This document shows positions 1 to 8,906 of a stretch of 27,394 nt of DNA, in pieces. The notes beneath the pieces were generated by a model that did no database searches, was not told the origin of the DNA, and saw only the letters and a list, made by a program, of their open reading frames with translations. This stretch comes from a virus (Duplodnaviria; Heunggongvirae; Uroviricota; Caudoviricetes): positions 1-27,394 of IMG/VR virus record IMGVR_UViG_3300036760_000193, one strand, 5' to 3'. The position numbers were made by a program, and so were the translations under genes. Positions within the stretch are counted from its first letter, which is position 1. Each line of letters opens with the position of its first letter.

Positions 1-234
1 GTTGAGGCGGTAGTAAAATTTCTGGCGTTGAAGGTAACGCTTACGGCCAGGAGATTGAAAGGACTGGCGTTCCTTAAGCTCATTCATGAGACCTTCCTTC
101 ATGATGATTTTCTTGAATTGCGATAGTGCCTTTTCAAGACACTTATCGCGTTCCTCTTTGCTATCGCCTGTATAGCGTACAAACACTTGTAATGATCCTG
201 ACCGTTGGTTGTTATTTTCGTAAAACTCTGACAC
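1..234 (-). CDS. rpsU: Ribosomal protein bS21 homolog (3' end truncated by window edge)
   Basis: Not in ORF track. GTG at 234 with AAGGAG 7 nt upstream; open to base 1: MSEFYENNNQRSGSLQVFVRYTGDSKEERDKCLEKALSQFKKIIMKEGLMNELKERQSFQSPGRKRYLQRQKFYYRLN. Matches the bS21 pattern VR..E..LEKALRRFKK...EG...ELK.R..Y.KP..KR. Confidence 0.8.
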   Translation of the reverse strand, partial: MSEFYENNNQRSGSLQVFVRYTGDSKEERDKCLEKALSQFKKIIMKEGLMNELKERQSFQSPGRKRYLQRQKFYYRLN

Positions 235-945
235 TTATATTCTCCTTAGTAGTTTCGTAAAGACTCGCTGAATTTCTATTAGTTGACACAAATCTATTGG
301 GCTGGGGACTTCCTGGAAACGAGGCTCTGTTAGGATGATCTTCGCTTCCCCGACTTCTACATCTTTGACGGAAACAATGGTAAAATAGTGGGTTTCTTCT
401 TTGTTAGCGTCAATTTGGAAGTCGATCTGGAATACAAGGGGGCTGCGAATTTGCCACAGTTTGAAGGAATCTTCTTTTCTTATCAGCGCGAAGGATTCTT
501 TGAAGAGGATAGGTAGAATCAGCCCTGTCATATTCCCATAAATGCCATCAGTCTCGTTCTTCCGTTCTGCCTTGAAGGTGCCGCTGTGTTCATACCGCTC
601 TTTGGTTTCCACGTCGAAAACTTTAATGTACCCATACACTGTGCCCAAATCAAAAAGGGTTGTTCCTGTCCAAGTGCTGCCAGGCATGATAGTATAATTG
701 GGGTTGGGGACAGTTAGGATGTTTGGTTGGCAGGTGCATGATCCATACACTCCGCCACAGATGCTACAGTTTAATAGGAATGTATTTCCACTTGAAGCAA
801 CCCCTGTATTTATGGTGGATAAGTATGCGCTCGAATTGCTTGTCAAAGTGACTTTGTTACACCCACAGACGGTTAAATCTTGTCCACAAACACTACATTG
901 AAGGAATGTAGAAAGGGGTCTGTAGGAAGTATAATTACTGTTCAC
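235..945 (-). CDS. Hypothetical protein with two N-terminal CxxC-x5-CxC motifs
   Basis: 236 aa ORF coupled to thyX; CSVCGQDLTVCGC and CSICGGVYGSCTC. Confidence 0.7.
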   Translation of the reverse strand: MNSNYTSYRPLSTFLQCSVCGQDLTVCGCNKVTLTSNSSAYLSTINTGVASSGNTFLLNCSICGGVYGSCTCQPNILTVPNPNYTIMPGSTWTGTTLFDLGTVYGYIKVFDVETKERYEHSGTFKAERKNETDGIYGNMTGLILPILFKESFALIRKEDSFKLWQIRSPLVFQIDFQIDANKEETHYFTIVSVKDVEVGEAKIILTEPRFQEVPSPIDLCQLIEIQRVFTKLLRRI

Positions 946-1615
946 GTTTGAATTCCTTTTTAATGAAAGCTTCTGCCGTCCAGGGCATATAATCTACAAA
1001 GAAGTCTAGGATTGTCAAGGCGTATTGCCGTATTTCCCATTGCGCGTGATCGTCACAGCGCAATTTTAAGAAGTTCATAAGTGCCCGTGCGTTCACTGTC
1101 CAATAGAACTCTGTGTACATGGATTGTGGGAGGATCATTCTGGCCTGTTCTTTTGCCACGCCCTGATCCAAAAGCTTTTTGTAGAAACCATAGATAGCTC
1201 TGTGGAAGTTCTCGAATTTGACGTAAAGCTCATTGGATTGCTGTTCTGGTAGGTTCTCGTACTTGTAGTTTTTCTCTTTCTGGGTACGGAAGTTGGATGG
1301 GATATAAAAATCATCTTGTACGACGGTGTAGCGGCCAGATACTTCATTGTAAGAAGACCAGCGGTGTCTGAACCATTGTCGCGCCACGAAGATTGGGCAT
1401 TTTATATGAAATCTAAAATTCACATGTTCAAAGGGGGTTTCGTGGTTGTTGTTCATCAAGAAACTGATAAGACGTTTGTCTTTCTCGTCCCCTTTTACAG
1501 TGCCACGATAGGAGACTCTGGCCGCTTGCGCGACTGTTAAATCATCTCCATCTACACTGTCTAGATGAACGAATCCTGAGTTTAAGACTTTACGCTGCTT
1601 GAATTGGTGCGTCAT
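935..1615 (-). CDS. thyX: Flavin-dependent thymidylate synthase ThyX
   Basis: ThyX signature RHRWSSYNEVSGRY; also AARVSY, HETPFEH, EQARMILP, NARALMNFLKLR, HAQWEIR. Confidence 0.97.
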   Translation of the reverse strand: MTHQFKQRKVLNSGFVHLDSVDGDDLTVAQAARVSYRGTVKGDEKDKRLISFLMNNNHETPFEHVNFRFHIKCPIFVARQWFRHRWSSYNEVSGRYTVVQDDFYIPSNFRTQKEKNYKYENLPEQQSNELYVKFENFHRAIYGFYKKLLDQGVAKEQARMILPQSMYTEFYWTVNARALMNFLKLRCDDHAQWEIRQYALTILDFFVDYMPWTAEAFIKKEFKREQ

Positions 1616-2792
1616 ATTTTGTCTTCTCGTCTATTACCAATAGCCGATCATACTCATACGGCTTTGGAGATTGAATTTTCTTAAAGTAATCCTCAACGAT
1701 ATCCGCTGGAACTATTCTTTCTCGACCTGCATTTCTTGCTTGAATTATATCTAACGGTAAATCAAAAACAACGATGGACACCCAAGCTCCGTGGTGTCGT
1801 GCCGTTTCTATTAATCTCTTGCGGAGTCTACGCGATACGCTGGTAGCATCCCAAATTGTATTTATTCTATGTTCCATGTTCTTACGCAACTGATGGAAGC
1901 AATTGTCATAAGCTTCTTGGTTACGCGACATGTCCATCATAGTTCCACATAGTTTAAGACGTTCTTCATCCATACTAATGTATGGTACATGTGGATACAA
2001 AGTTTTTACATGGGTAGTTTTGCCTGATCCAGGCGCACCAACCAAAATCATTAGTTCAAATGGAGGTTTTGACATAAGTCTAACACATTCCGCCATCTTT
2101 TTCTCGTCTGTCTCTTTCATGTTTCCGAATAGAACTTTCCATCGCGCCAAATTGTAGGCATGTTGAGGGATTCCTTTGTTGTTAGGAAGTTCATAATACG
2201 TGTCCCAAATGCCCAAGTCGATACAACGTTGCTTGAATGAGTCTAGATACCCTAGCGCGGTCTCTGCCGATTCACCTATGCGTCCAGTGAAGTCCGCTAC
2301 TTCAACGTGATAGACTTGCTCCGTATTAACTTCCAGAGACAGTCGCTTAAATCGGAGATCATCGCTGCCATCCTTAGCCATTCGCTTTGGATGACCATGA
2401 TATTCTACAAGACTCAAAATCCACTCTCTACGAGCGTACCCAAACATTGGAAAATGTTTTCTTAGGAATTCCCTTGCTTTCCAGACTCCAACACCCTCAT
2501 GGCCGTGCGCGGGACACTTACCATCAGCAGAAACAACAGTTGTTTCAGGTTTTCCAAAATCATGTAAAAGACCACCAAGATAAGTGCTTATACCGTCGTC
2601 TTTATTTTCCATTTGTACAGCAATCTCACGGGCTTTTTCCATAACCATGTCTGTATGAATAAGAACATTGCCCTCAGAGTGCCACTTCTTACTCTGTGGT
2701 GTATTTTCCAACTCAACAAACTCAGGGAACTGATCTTTGTACTCGAACAGATTCACTGGTTCTAGATTTAAGATTTTCTCTTGAAAACTCAT
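1590..2792 (-). CDS. HD-domain phosphohydrolase fused to AAA_33/polynucleotide-kinase-like P-loop domain
   Basis: PQSKKWHSEGNVLIHT, LLHDFGKP, HGHEGVG, YHGHP (HD); GAPGSGKTT Walker A, WDATS, RNAGRER.VP (PNK-like). Confidence 0.88.
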   Translation of the reverse strand: MSFQEKILNLEPVNLFEYKDQFPEFVELENTPQSKKWHSEGNVLIHTDMVMEKAREIAVQMENKDDGISTYLGGLLHDFGKPETTVVSADGKCPAHGHEGVGVWKAREFLRKHFPMFGYARREWILSLVEYHGHPKRMAKDGSDDLRFKRLSLEVNTEQVYHVEVADFTGRIGESAETALGYLDSFKQRCIDLGIWDTYYELPNNKGIPQHAYNLARWKVLFGNMKETDEKKMAECVRLMSKPPFELMILVGAPGSGKTTHVKTLYPHVPYISMDEERLKLCGTMMDMSRNQEAYDNCFHQLRKNMEHRINTIWDATSVSRRLRKRLIETARHHGAWVSIVVFDLPLDIIQARNAGRERIVPADIVEDYFKKIQSPKPYEYDRLLVIDEKTKYDAPIQAA

Positions 2793-3241
2793 GAGAAGAT
2801 ATCCTTTTGTAATTTTGCCATACGTTCCTGTGTTTTTTTCATCGCTTCTTCAAATGACTTAATTGAATACGCGATTTTTAATGCACCTAAAAATCTTGTG
2901 AATGCCCCGTACAGAGAAAAGAGCAATAACACGCCCAACAAAATAAACTCAAGTTGCGTCGTAGCGTAGATTGACGCCAACCCGAATCCCAAGGCCATCA
3001 CACCAAATCCAAACATTTTCAACGTCATTCCAAGCACCAGAGTTTTATTTTGCTCCGCTACTTGTTTGACTACTTCCAATGGCATAGAAGATAGAGTACG
3101 TGCCAGGTGACTATATTCTTTAATCTTCTCTTCTCGCGCCATCATCTTGTGCGCCTCGGAACCTTTAGGATAAAGCTCATAAAGCTTCTGCTTTACTCTT
3201 AACGGGTCGATCCGATATAGGTGCTTCTTTTCATCTTTCAT
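2789..3241 (-). CDS. Hypothetical membrane protein (2 TM)
   Basis: 150 aa, two hydrophobic segments, ATGA overlaps. Confidence 0.7.
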   Translation of the reverse strand: MKDEKKHLYRIDPLRVKQKLYELYPKGSEAHKMMAREEKIKEYSHLARTLSSMPLEVVKQVAEQNKTLVLGMTLKMFGFGVMALGFGLASIYATTQLEFILLGVLLLFSLYGAFTRFLGALKIAYSIKSFEEAMKKTQERMAKLQKDIFS

Positions 3242-3435
3242 TTCAATCCCAATAGTTGGCCGTAAAAACAGTCATGGCACAGCCAAATATGACCATAAAC
3301 AACCTTAGTTGGCCGACTGACATCCGCCTTAGACCAATGGTTCTTACGAGTAAGTATACCACATCTTTCGCAAAAACGCAAGCGAATATATCCTTTTCGG
3401 ATGTCATTAAACCAACGTACTAGCTTCTTTTTCAT
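3238..3435 (-). CDS. Hypothetical protein, CxxC...CxxC zinc-binding
   Basis: 65 aa; CERC and CHDC; ATGA coupling on both sides. Confidence 0.65.
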   Translation of the reverse strand: MKKKLVRWFNDIRKGYIRLRFCERCGILTRKNHWSKADVSRPTKVVYGHIWLCHDCFYGQLLGLK

Positions 3436-3986
3436 TTCTTCTTTGCGCGTCGTTTTTTAGCTTTCGACCCAATAGCGGTTTCCGCATTGCGAATGGCGGC
3501 ATCAAAGTATTTTTTATGATCTTCATACTCTTTTAACCACTTTCTCTTAATCAAACGAATAGCACTTCCCAGGTCTTCTACAACATTAGCGACTTCGATA
3601 TTGCTCCAGCCTATTAGTTCACCTCTCTTGCGGCGTGGGGCTATCATAATGACAGGGATACCTATTTTTTCAGCGTACACCATCTCTCTCCATGTTCCGT
3701 CTGAGGGGGTGTCACCTGTCAAAACCAATAATGCGTCACAACGTCTGATTAACCACTTGTCCTGAACAACGAAAGCCTTCATCGTCTTCAAAGGAAATTT
3801 AAGGCCAATTTTTGCGGCTTTGCCTTTTTTCCAAAGTCCTTGTTCTGCGGCAGCGGGGTCTACGGCGAATATACTAGCCTTGGCAAACAAGTCGGTGGCA
3901 AGTTCTCTCTCTTCTCGAACCTGCTCTGCGACTCTACCGGCCATTGATCCACTTAAGTAGATTCTAAACATTTTCTTCATCCTCAC
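3432..3986 (-). CDS. Nucleoside 2-deoxyribosyltransferase-like protein
   Basis: IYLSGSMAG, D...IRRCDALLV, SDGTWREMVYAEKIGIPVI fit the NDT/Rcl-like fold. Confidence 0.7.
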   Translation of the reverse strand: MRMKKMFRIYLSGSMAGRVAEQVREERELATDLFAKASIFAVDPAAAEQGLWKKGKAAKIGLKFPLKTMKAFVVQDKWLIRRCDALLVLTGDTPSDGTWREMVYAEKIGIPVIMIAPRRKRGELIGWSNIEVANVVEDLGSAIRLIKRKWLKEYEDHKKYFDAAIRNAETAIGSKAKKRRAKKK

Positions 3987-4269
3987 TTTTCTTAGCTTTG
4001 ATGATTTTACAGTTGAAATGCTCTGTCAACACTGCACGGACATCACCTTTGTTCTTCTCTATTTCAAACCCAGCGATGTCACCATCATCTTTCATACTTC
4101 TTAGAAGTTCATGGACTTCATTCTCCGTAAGAACACGCCCAAGCTTTTCTTCTTGGATTCCTTTCTTCACAAAGAAACCCTCTAGCTCGTCGGCGTTAGC
4201 GAATGCCCAAACTCCTGTTATTTCTTTCTTTTCGTTACTCTGTTCCATTAGTTGCCTTCCATGCTTCAT
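3964..4269 (-). CDS. Hypothetical protein
   Basis: 101 aa ORF in operon; true start may be internal. Confidence 0.6.
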   Translation of the reverse strand: MKHGRQLMEQSNEKKEITGVWAFANADELEGFFVKKGIQEEKLGRVLTENEVHELLRSMKDDGDIAGFEIEKNKGDVRAVLTEHFNCKIIKAKKSEDEENV

Positions 4270-5029
4270 ATGCTCTCACTATCTCTTTCACCAACGGGTG
4301 TCTTACAACATCTTCATCAGTGAAAAAGAAAAACTTCAAACCTTTCAATTCACCAATGATATCTTTAAGCTTTAGCAATCCACTCAATTTTTTCTTGGGG
4401 AGGTCGATCTGCGTTATGTCGCCAGTGACCACTACTTTGCTTCCGTTTCCCATGCGTGTCAAGAACATTTCTAACTGTTCCATTGTTGTATTTTGAGCTT
4501 CATCTAGAATTATGAAAGCATCCTCTAATGTGCGACCTCTCATATAAGCCAGTGGAGCTACTTCGATTGTTTTCATTCTCATAAGCTCATCCGCTCTATC
4601 GGGGCCAACCATGTAAAATAACGCATCATAAATAGGTCTGAGATACGGGCTAATCTTCTCTTCCAAATCTCCTGGAAGATATCCAAGTTTCTCACCAGCC
4701 TCAACCGCAGGTCGCGTGATTATAATTCTCGATACGCTTCCATCTTTCAAGGCTTGCAGAGCCATTGCAACAGGTAGAAAAGTTTTACCAGTTCCAGCAG
4801 GCCCTATACAGATCGTCAGATCATTATTTCTAATTGTTTCAATGTACTCTTTCTGACGATCTGACCTAGCTTTAATCCATTCCTCTGTATCAGAAACGTA
4901 AGCTACATCAGGTCTTTCTCTTAAAATTTGCGAATCTGCTTTCTTTGTTACTACTTTATCCGTTTCATATGCAACTACTGACTGCTGTTCTGGGTATCTT
5001 CTATTCTTTCGCCTTTTGTGATGACGCAT
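4235..5029 (-). CDS. phoH: PhoH-like ATPase
   Basis: GPAGTGKT, RIIITRPAVEAGEKLGYLPGD, IEVAPLAYMRGRT, ILDEAQN, GDITQIDL, DVVRHPLV. Confidence 0.97.
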   Translation of the reverse strand: MRHHKRRKNRRYPEQQSVVAYETDKVVTKKADSQILRERPDVAYVSDTEEWIKARSDRQKEYIETIRNNDLTICIGPAGTGKTFLPVAMALQALKDGSVSRIIITRPAVEAGEKLGYLPGDLEEKISPYLRPIYDALFYMVGPDRADELMRMKTIEVAPLAYMRGRTLEDAFIILDEAQNTTMEQLEMFLTRMGNGSKVVVTGDITQIDLPKKKLSGLLKLKDIIGELKGLKFFFFTDEDVVRHPLVKEIVRAYEAWKATNGTE

Positions 5030-5279
5030 CAGGTGCGCTCCTTTTATTTAACAACTTTTGTAGAAGGGACTTCTTTTTCGTATTTAGCGTTGGAACCTTC
5101 TCTTTCAACTCAGCATTTTGTTGAAGATTCTTATACGCTGACACTATTAAAGACTGTAACTGCTCACCCGTTACGTTGGGGTACAATCTACAAAGAGTGA
5201 CTATTTCAAGGAGCGGGATATGAAAAACACCGTCTATACTTTTCACGCCTTTCAAAATGTAATGCTCATTTGGCTCCAT
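5001..5279 (-). CDS. Hypothetical protein
   Basis: 92 aa ORF coupled to phoH. Confidence 0.6.
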   Translation of the reverse strand: MEPNEHYILKGVKSIDGVFHIPLLEIVTLCRLYPNVTGEQLQSLIVSAYKNLQQNAELKEKVPTLNTKKKSLLQKLLNKRSAPDASSQKAKE

Positions 5280-5317
5280 AGAGTCTTCTTATATTATACG
5301 CTCTGGATTATAAGACA

Positions 5318-5734
5318 TTACTTCCCAGCAAAAGGTACAGCGGGTGCAGCAGGTGCAGGGGCTGGAGTTGCAACAGGAGCCGAGGTAGGCGTGGCAGCTG
5401 GTGCAGGAGTTGTATCAAGAACTTTTGTCTCTAACCCAGGTGTTGGTACAATTTTCTTGGGGTCGAGGACATCAGTTTTTGTGTCCAGAATCGGCGGAAT
5501 AACAGGAACTGCGGGTGCTGGAATAATAGGTGCATCAACTTTTGGTGGAACTACAGCATCTGGTACTAGAGAGGGAGCTATTGGCTCTTTAGCAACTGGG
5601 ATAGCTGGTGCAGCGGGAGTAGGCGCAGCGGGAGTAGGCGCAGGTGCTCTTGCTGCATCTTCTTTGTTAACTAAGTCCTCTAGCCAGGGGGCTACGGGTT
5701 GGTACTTCAACGGATCATTTTTGTCTGTAGGCAT
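5318..5734 (-). CDS. Pro/Ala-rich low-complexity protein
   Basis: 138 aa with APAPTPAAP repeats; AGGAG upstream of ATG. Confidence 0.7.
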   Translation of the reverse strand: MPTDKNDPLKYQPVAPWLEDLVNKEDAARAPAPTPAAPTPAAPAIPVAKEPIAPSLVPDAVVPPKVDAPIIPAPAVPVIPPILDTKTDVLDPKKIVPTPGLETKVLDTTPAPAATPTSAPVATPAPAPAAPAVPFAGK

Positions 5735-5749
5735 TTTGTTTCTCCTTAA

Positions 5750-6127
5750 TTAGAAAATGTCGCCATTTTCTTCTTTCTTTTTAATTTCATACGGTATACC
5801 GTGAAAAGCCATAAATACATCAAAGGCAAGTTCCGAAGCAGTGAAAAGGTCTAACAGATCGAACTTCTTCGCTTCATCACAGGTACAATCTTCCATCTTT
5901 CCGGCTGCAATCAACTCTTCCTCAACTTTTTTGAGGAATGCTGATCCAGCAGCATCACGAACAAACTCTTTCTTCAAATAATGAATTGTTGTCCATCTTG
6001 GACTCTCATTCCAACGCCGCATTAATTCAGCATAAACAATAAAACAAAGATCACCCACAGCATCAGCTTCTTTGAAGCCAAGTTCTATGATTCTTTTTCT
6101 GATCTCTTCAATTACGAATGGTGACAT
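5750..6127 (-). CDS. Hypothetical protein
   Basis: 125 aa ORF with RBS, in operon. Confidence 0.7.
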   Translation of the reverse strand: MSPFVIEEIRKRIIELGFKEADAVGDLCFIVYAELMRRWNESPRWTTIHYLKKEFVRDAAGSAFLKKVEEELIAAGKMEDCTCDEAKKFDLLDLFTASELAFDVFMAFHGIPYEIKKKEENGDIF

Positions 6128-6129
6128 AT

Positions 6130-6339
6130 TTACCTCGGAAAATTACCGTCTATTAAACGTCCGTATGCGTCAAAAATCTCATAACTACCTTTGAGTGCTT
6201 TGGAACGGTCTTGCCCCTCTAACATCAGAGTGTCGTAACTTGAATGAGGCACGATTTCTAAAACCATCCCTGCTTTATCTCTAATACACAGCAGATAAAA
6301 TTTATTCCGCGTTTTCGTCTTCTTCGTTTTTCGGCTCAT
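6130..6339 (-). CDS. Hypothetical protein
   Basis: 69 aa ORF in operon. Confidence 0.55.
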   Translation of the reverse strand: MSRKTKKTKTRNKFYLLCIRDKAGMVLEIVPHSSYDTLMLEGQDRSKALKGSYEIFDAYGRLIDGNFPR

Positions 6340-6574
6340 CTGGTCTATCCCAAACTAATATTGTGATGTCTTCCATGATACTAGCCGTTATCATATAGGT
6401 TGATAAAAAAACAAAGGTTCCCAATAGCATAACTGCTGTATTGTGAAGAAATATTCCTGCGAATTGAGCTACAATTCCCGCCCAACGTACATGACTGCGA
6501 ATGAACTTTAATGTTCTCACTCTCTTTTGTATCTCCTCTTGGAGCTTCCGTTGTGGGGGGGTTAATTCTTCCAT
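6302..6574 (-). CDS. Hypothetical membrane protein
   Basis: Start moved to MEELTPPQ (6574), 1 nt after the upstream stop; two hydrophobic segments. Confidence 0.6.
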   Translation of the reverse strand: MEELTPPQRKLQEEIQKRVRTLKFIRSHVRWAGIVAQFAGIFLHNTAVMLLGTFVFLSTYMITASIMEDITILVWDRPDEPKNEEDENAE

Positions 6575-6575
6575 G

Positions 6576-6737
6576 TTAAGCTCCAGTGCCGCTATCTTCT
6601 GGTTCAACGCATTCAGCGGGGCAGTCTGTAATGATACAACGGAAAAATGAGGCGGCTCCGTCGAAATCAAAGAACTCGAACCTGTGCTCATGTCCTAACT
6701 TTTGCATAATTTCCTCCAGGATTTTTAGTGATGGCAT
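6576..6737 (-). CDS. Small hypothetical protein
   Basis: Start moved to MPSLKILEE (6737) with GGAG upstream. Confidence 0.5.
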   Translation of the reverse strand: MPSLKILEEIMQKLGHEHRFEFFDFDGAASFFRCIITDCPAECVEPEDSGTGA

Positions 6738-6741
6738 AAAA

Positions 6742-7137
6742 TTATTTCTCCCCACGATGGTAATTACCCTCAAATGCGTGTCTAATCTCATGGGCAACTA
6801 CTTCGGGGCTACGAACAGAGTAAACGATATGGGTCTTAGATTCCTTGTCGTATAAATAAAATCCTAGCAGGTTAGGTTCCTCAGTTTTATAAATCTCTTT
6901 GTACTTTTTCCTAACTTCGTCGGCGTTCATTAAATAAATAAGCATTGGAGTTGGCTTCCTAACTTCTTTCGTAATGACATCTTTAATGGATTCTTGATAT
7001 GTAGGTAAATCATTATAGATGTCTTCTGAAACTGGAAACGCAGCAATCACTGGATAGTTCATCCATCGAAAAATATGTGGCAACATCAGGGCTTGCCCTA
7101 CAATGATACCAATTAAAAATGCGCGAAGTCTTGTCAT
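6742..7137 (-). CDS. Secreted/membrane-anchored protein with HExxH metallopeptidase motif
   Basis: Start moved to MTRLRAF (7137); N-terminal hydrophobic helix; VVAHEIRHAFEG. Confidence 0.65.
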   Translation of the reverse strand: MTRLRAFLIGIIVGQALMLPHIFRWMNYPVIAAFPVSEDIYNDLPTYQESIKDVITKEVRKPTPMLIYLMNADEVRKKYKEIYKTEEPNLLGFYLYDKESKTHIVYSVRSPEVVAHEIRHAFEGNYHRGEK

Positions 7138-7171
7138 ATCTATCTTATTATACGAAAAAACCAGACATTTC

Positions 7172-7906
7172 TTAAGAAGCCAACCAAATTTCCCAATTAA
7201 ACGTGTCGAACTGTGGATAGTAAAAATCAAACTTGGTTGCATTATAGACGCATTTGTAACTGAACCCAAATTTATAACGGAGCCACAACCAAAGCAACCG
7301 TCCAGATCGTCCATTGCCGTCAATAAATGGATGAATGAACTCATAGGCCAAATGGGTTTGCCAAATTTCATCTTCAGTAGGGTTTTTCATAGCATTCACT
7401 TTGTCACACCATTTTTGTAACAGAGGACGTATACCTGCGGGAGGTGGGCAAAGCCTCCCACCAACTCGAACCCAATCCCGCCGGATGCCAAGATACCACG
7501 GTGGTAGAAGCCCCTTCATCAAATTTCTATGAAGGCGAACTACCATGTCGATATTCAAATCTTTTTTATAATTTTTAAGAGTGTAATTCAGGGCACTGAC
7601 CTGCCCAGCAATTTCTGGAGCTTCATGTTGTTTCTTCAACCACCCCATGACGGCGGCAGGAAAGGGTATGTCGATAGCTTCAATACCGTTTGACTCAGTT
7701 ATAAATTCTGCTGCCTGGTCATCGCGGATCAATGTGCTAGGATCAAATTTCTTGCGAGGTTTTGGCTTATTGTATTTTTCCTGACATTCCACGTTTTCGT
7801 GAAAATGAAGTGTTTTCCCTGTCTTACTGATAACAGAGACAGGCCGAAGTCCTGTTGGTATTGTCTTTCGACATCCGTCACAAACTATACCGCCCATTTT
7901 TTTCAT
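7172..7906 (-). CDS. Fic-domain protein (putative AMP-transferase)
   Basis: Canonical Fic motif HPFIDGNGRSGR; VVRLHRNLM; IRRDWVRVG; N-terminal CDGC...HFH..C segment. Confidence 0.92.
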   Translation of the reverse strand: MKKMGGIVCDGCRKTIPTGLRPVSVISKTGKTLHFHENVECQEKYNKPKPRKKFDPSTLIRDDQAAEFITESNGIEAIDIPFPAAVMGWLKKQHEAPEIAGQVSALNYTLKNYKKDLNIDMVVRLHRNLMKGLLPPWYLGIRRDWVRVGGRLCPPPAGIRPLLQKWCDKVNAMKNPTEDEIWQTHLAYEFIHPFIDGNGRSGRLLWLWLRYKFGFSYKCVYNATKFDFYYPQFDTFNWEIWLAS

Positions 7907-8307
7907 TCGATTTCCCTCCGTTCCTTTTCCCAGGTTTCAAACTCATCCTTTGTCATGCCATAGGTTTCAGCAAAAGACCAATCTCGTTCAAGCGTATCTA
8001 CTTGATCTTTAAGCATGTCCATCATAATATTCCCAGCATAGGTATTAGCTGTGTGGATGTGAACGATTTTAGGGCGCAACTCTCTCGCCATTGCCAAAAT
8101 GTAAAAAACTACAGGCATATAGGTTTCGTTGCTCGTATGTTGCATCATCCCCATACCACGTAAACTTTCTACCTGGCAACAAATATCATGGTCGATGGAT
8201 ATTTCATCCACTGGAAAAGTGGCAAGTACCCTTATAGCTTTAGTGTTGGTACGTGCCAATTCCCACCCGTCGGGGCACCTGCGTATATCGTCTACAAATA
8301 ATTTCAT
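7903..8307 (-). CDS. Cyclic-phosphate-processing receiver-like domain protein
   Basis: MKLFVDDIRRCPDGW...ISIDHD...HTAN..G..M pattern of the REC-like family linked to RNA repair loci. Confidence 0.75.
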   Translation of the reverse strand: MKLFVDDIRRCPDGWELARTNTKAIRVLATFPVDEISIDHDICCQVESLRGMGMMQHTSNETYMPVVFYILAMARELRPKIVHIHTANTYAGNIMMDMLKDQVDTLERDWSFAETYGMTKDEFETWEKERREIE

Positions 8308-8906
8308 GATCCACTCCTGATTTGTCTTAATGTCTCTACAACTTCTAATTCTGAAATCGGCTTAAATCCCCACTGATCCACTCCTACATTTATCATCCCG
8401 TTTCTACGATCTTTCCATTTCTTTATCTTCCAGGCTGTATGAACGTGACCACACAGAAGCCAAGTGTGTCCATCATCCTTTGGCTGTCCTTGATCCTTCA
8501 TAACTTCATGATGTGCGTCTGGATCATCATGATCTTCAATATAGGGGTCAAACTCAATGTATGGGTATGGATAGTGAGACAACCAAAACTTCTCCCCGTT
8601 AATTTCGATCTGCAAATTATCGTGGGTTTCGTTAAATCCAACGTTCTTCATCACATTCTTATTTTTATCGTGATTCCCCTTAGTCAGAATCTTGTATCCA
8701 TTAAGCTGACTCAGAAGCTCTTTCATAACCTCTTGCTTCTTAAAAGCAAAATCACCAAGATGATAAATAGTATCGTCTGGTTTCACAATAGCATTCCAGT
8801 TGGCGATCATGGTTTTATCCATTTCGTCAGCCGTTTGAAACGGCCTATTACAATATTTAATTATATTCGCATGTCCGAAATGTGTGTCACTTGTGAAGTA
8901 TCTCAC
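8304..8906 (-). CDS. Calcineurin-like metallophosphoesterase
   Basis: SDTHFGH, HLGDFA, KGNHD, LSHYP, CGHVH, INVGVD motifs. Confidence 0.93.
   Translation of the reverse strand: MRYFTSDTHFGHANIIKYCNRPFQTADEMDKTMIANWNAIVKPDDTIYHLGDFAFKKQEVMKELLSQLNGYKILTKGNHDKNKNVMKNVGFNETHDNLQIEINGEKFWLSHYPYPYIEFDPYIEDHDDPDAHHEVMKDQGQPKDDGHTWLLCGHVHTAWKIKKWKDRRNGMINVGVDQWGFKPISELEVVETLRQIRSGS

Noticed and set aside
5318-5734. DNA repeats in the Pro/Ala-rich gene (GCAGCGGGAGTAGGC x2)
   Set aside because: Explained by low-complexity protein coding
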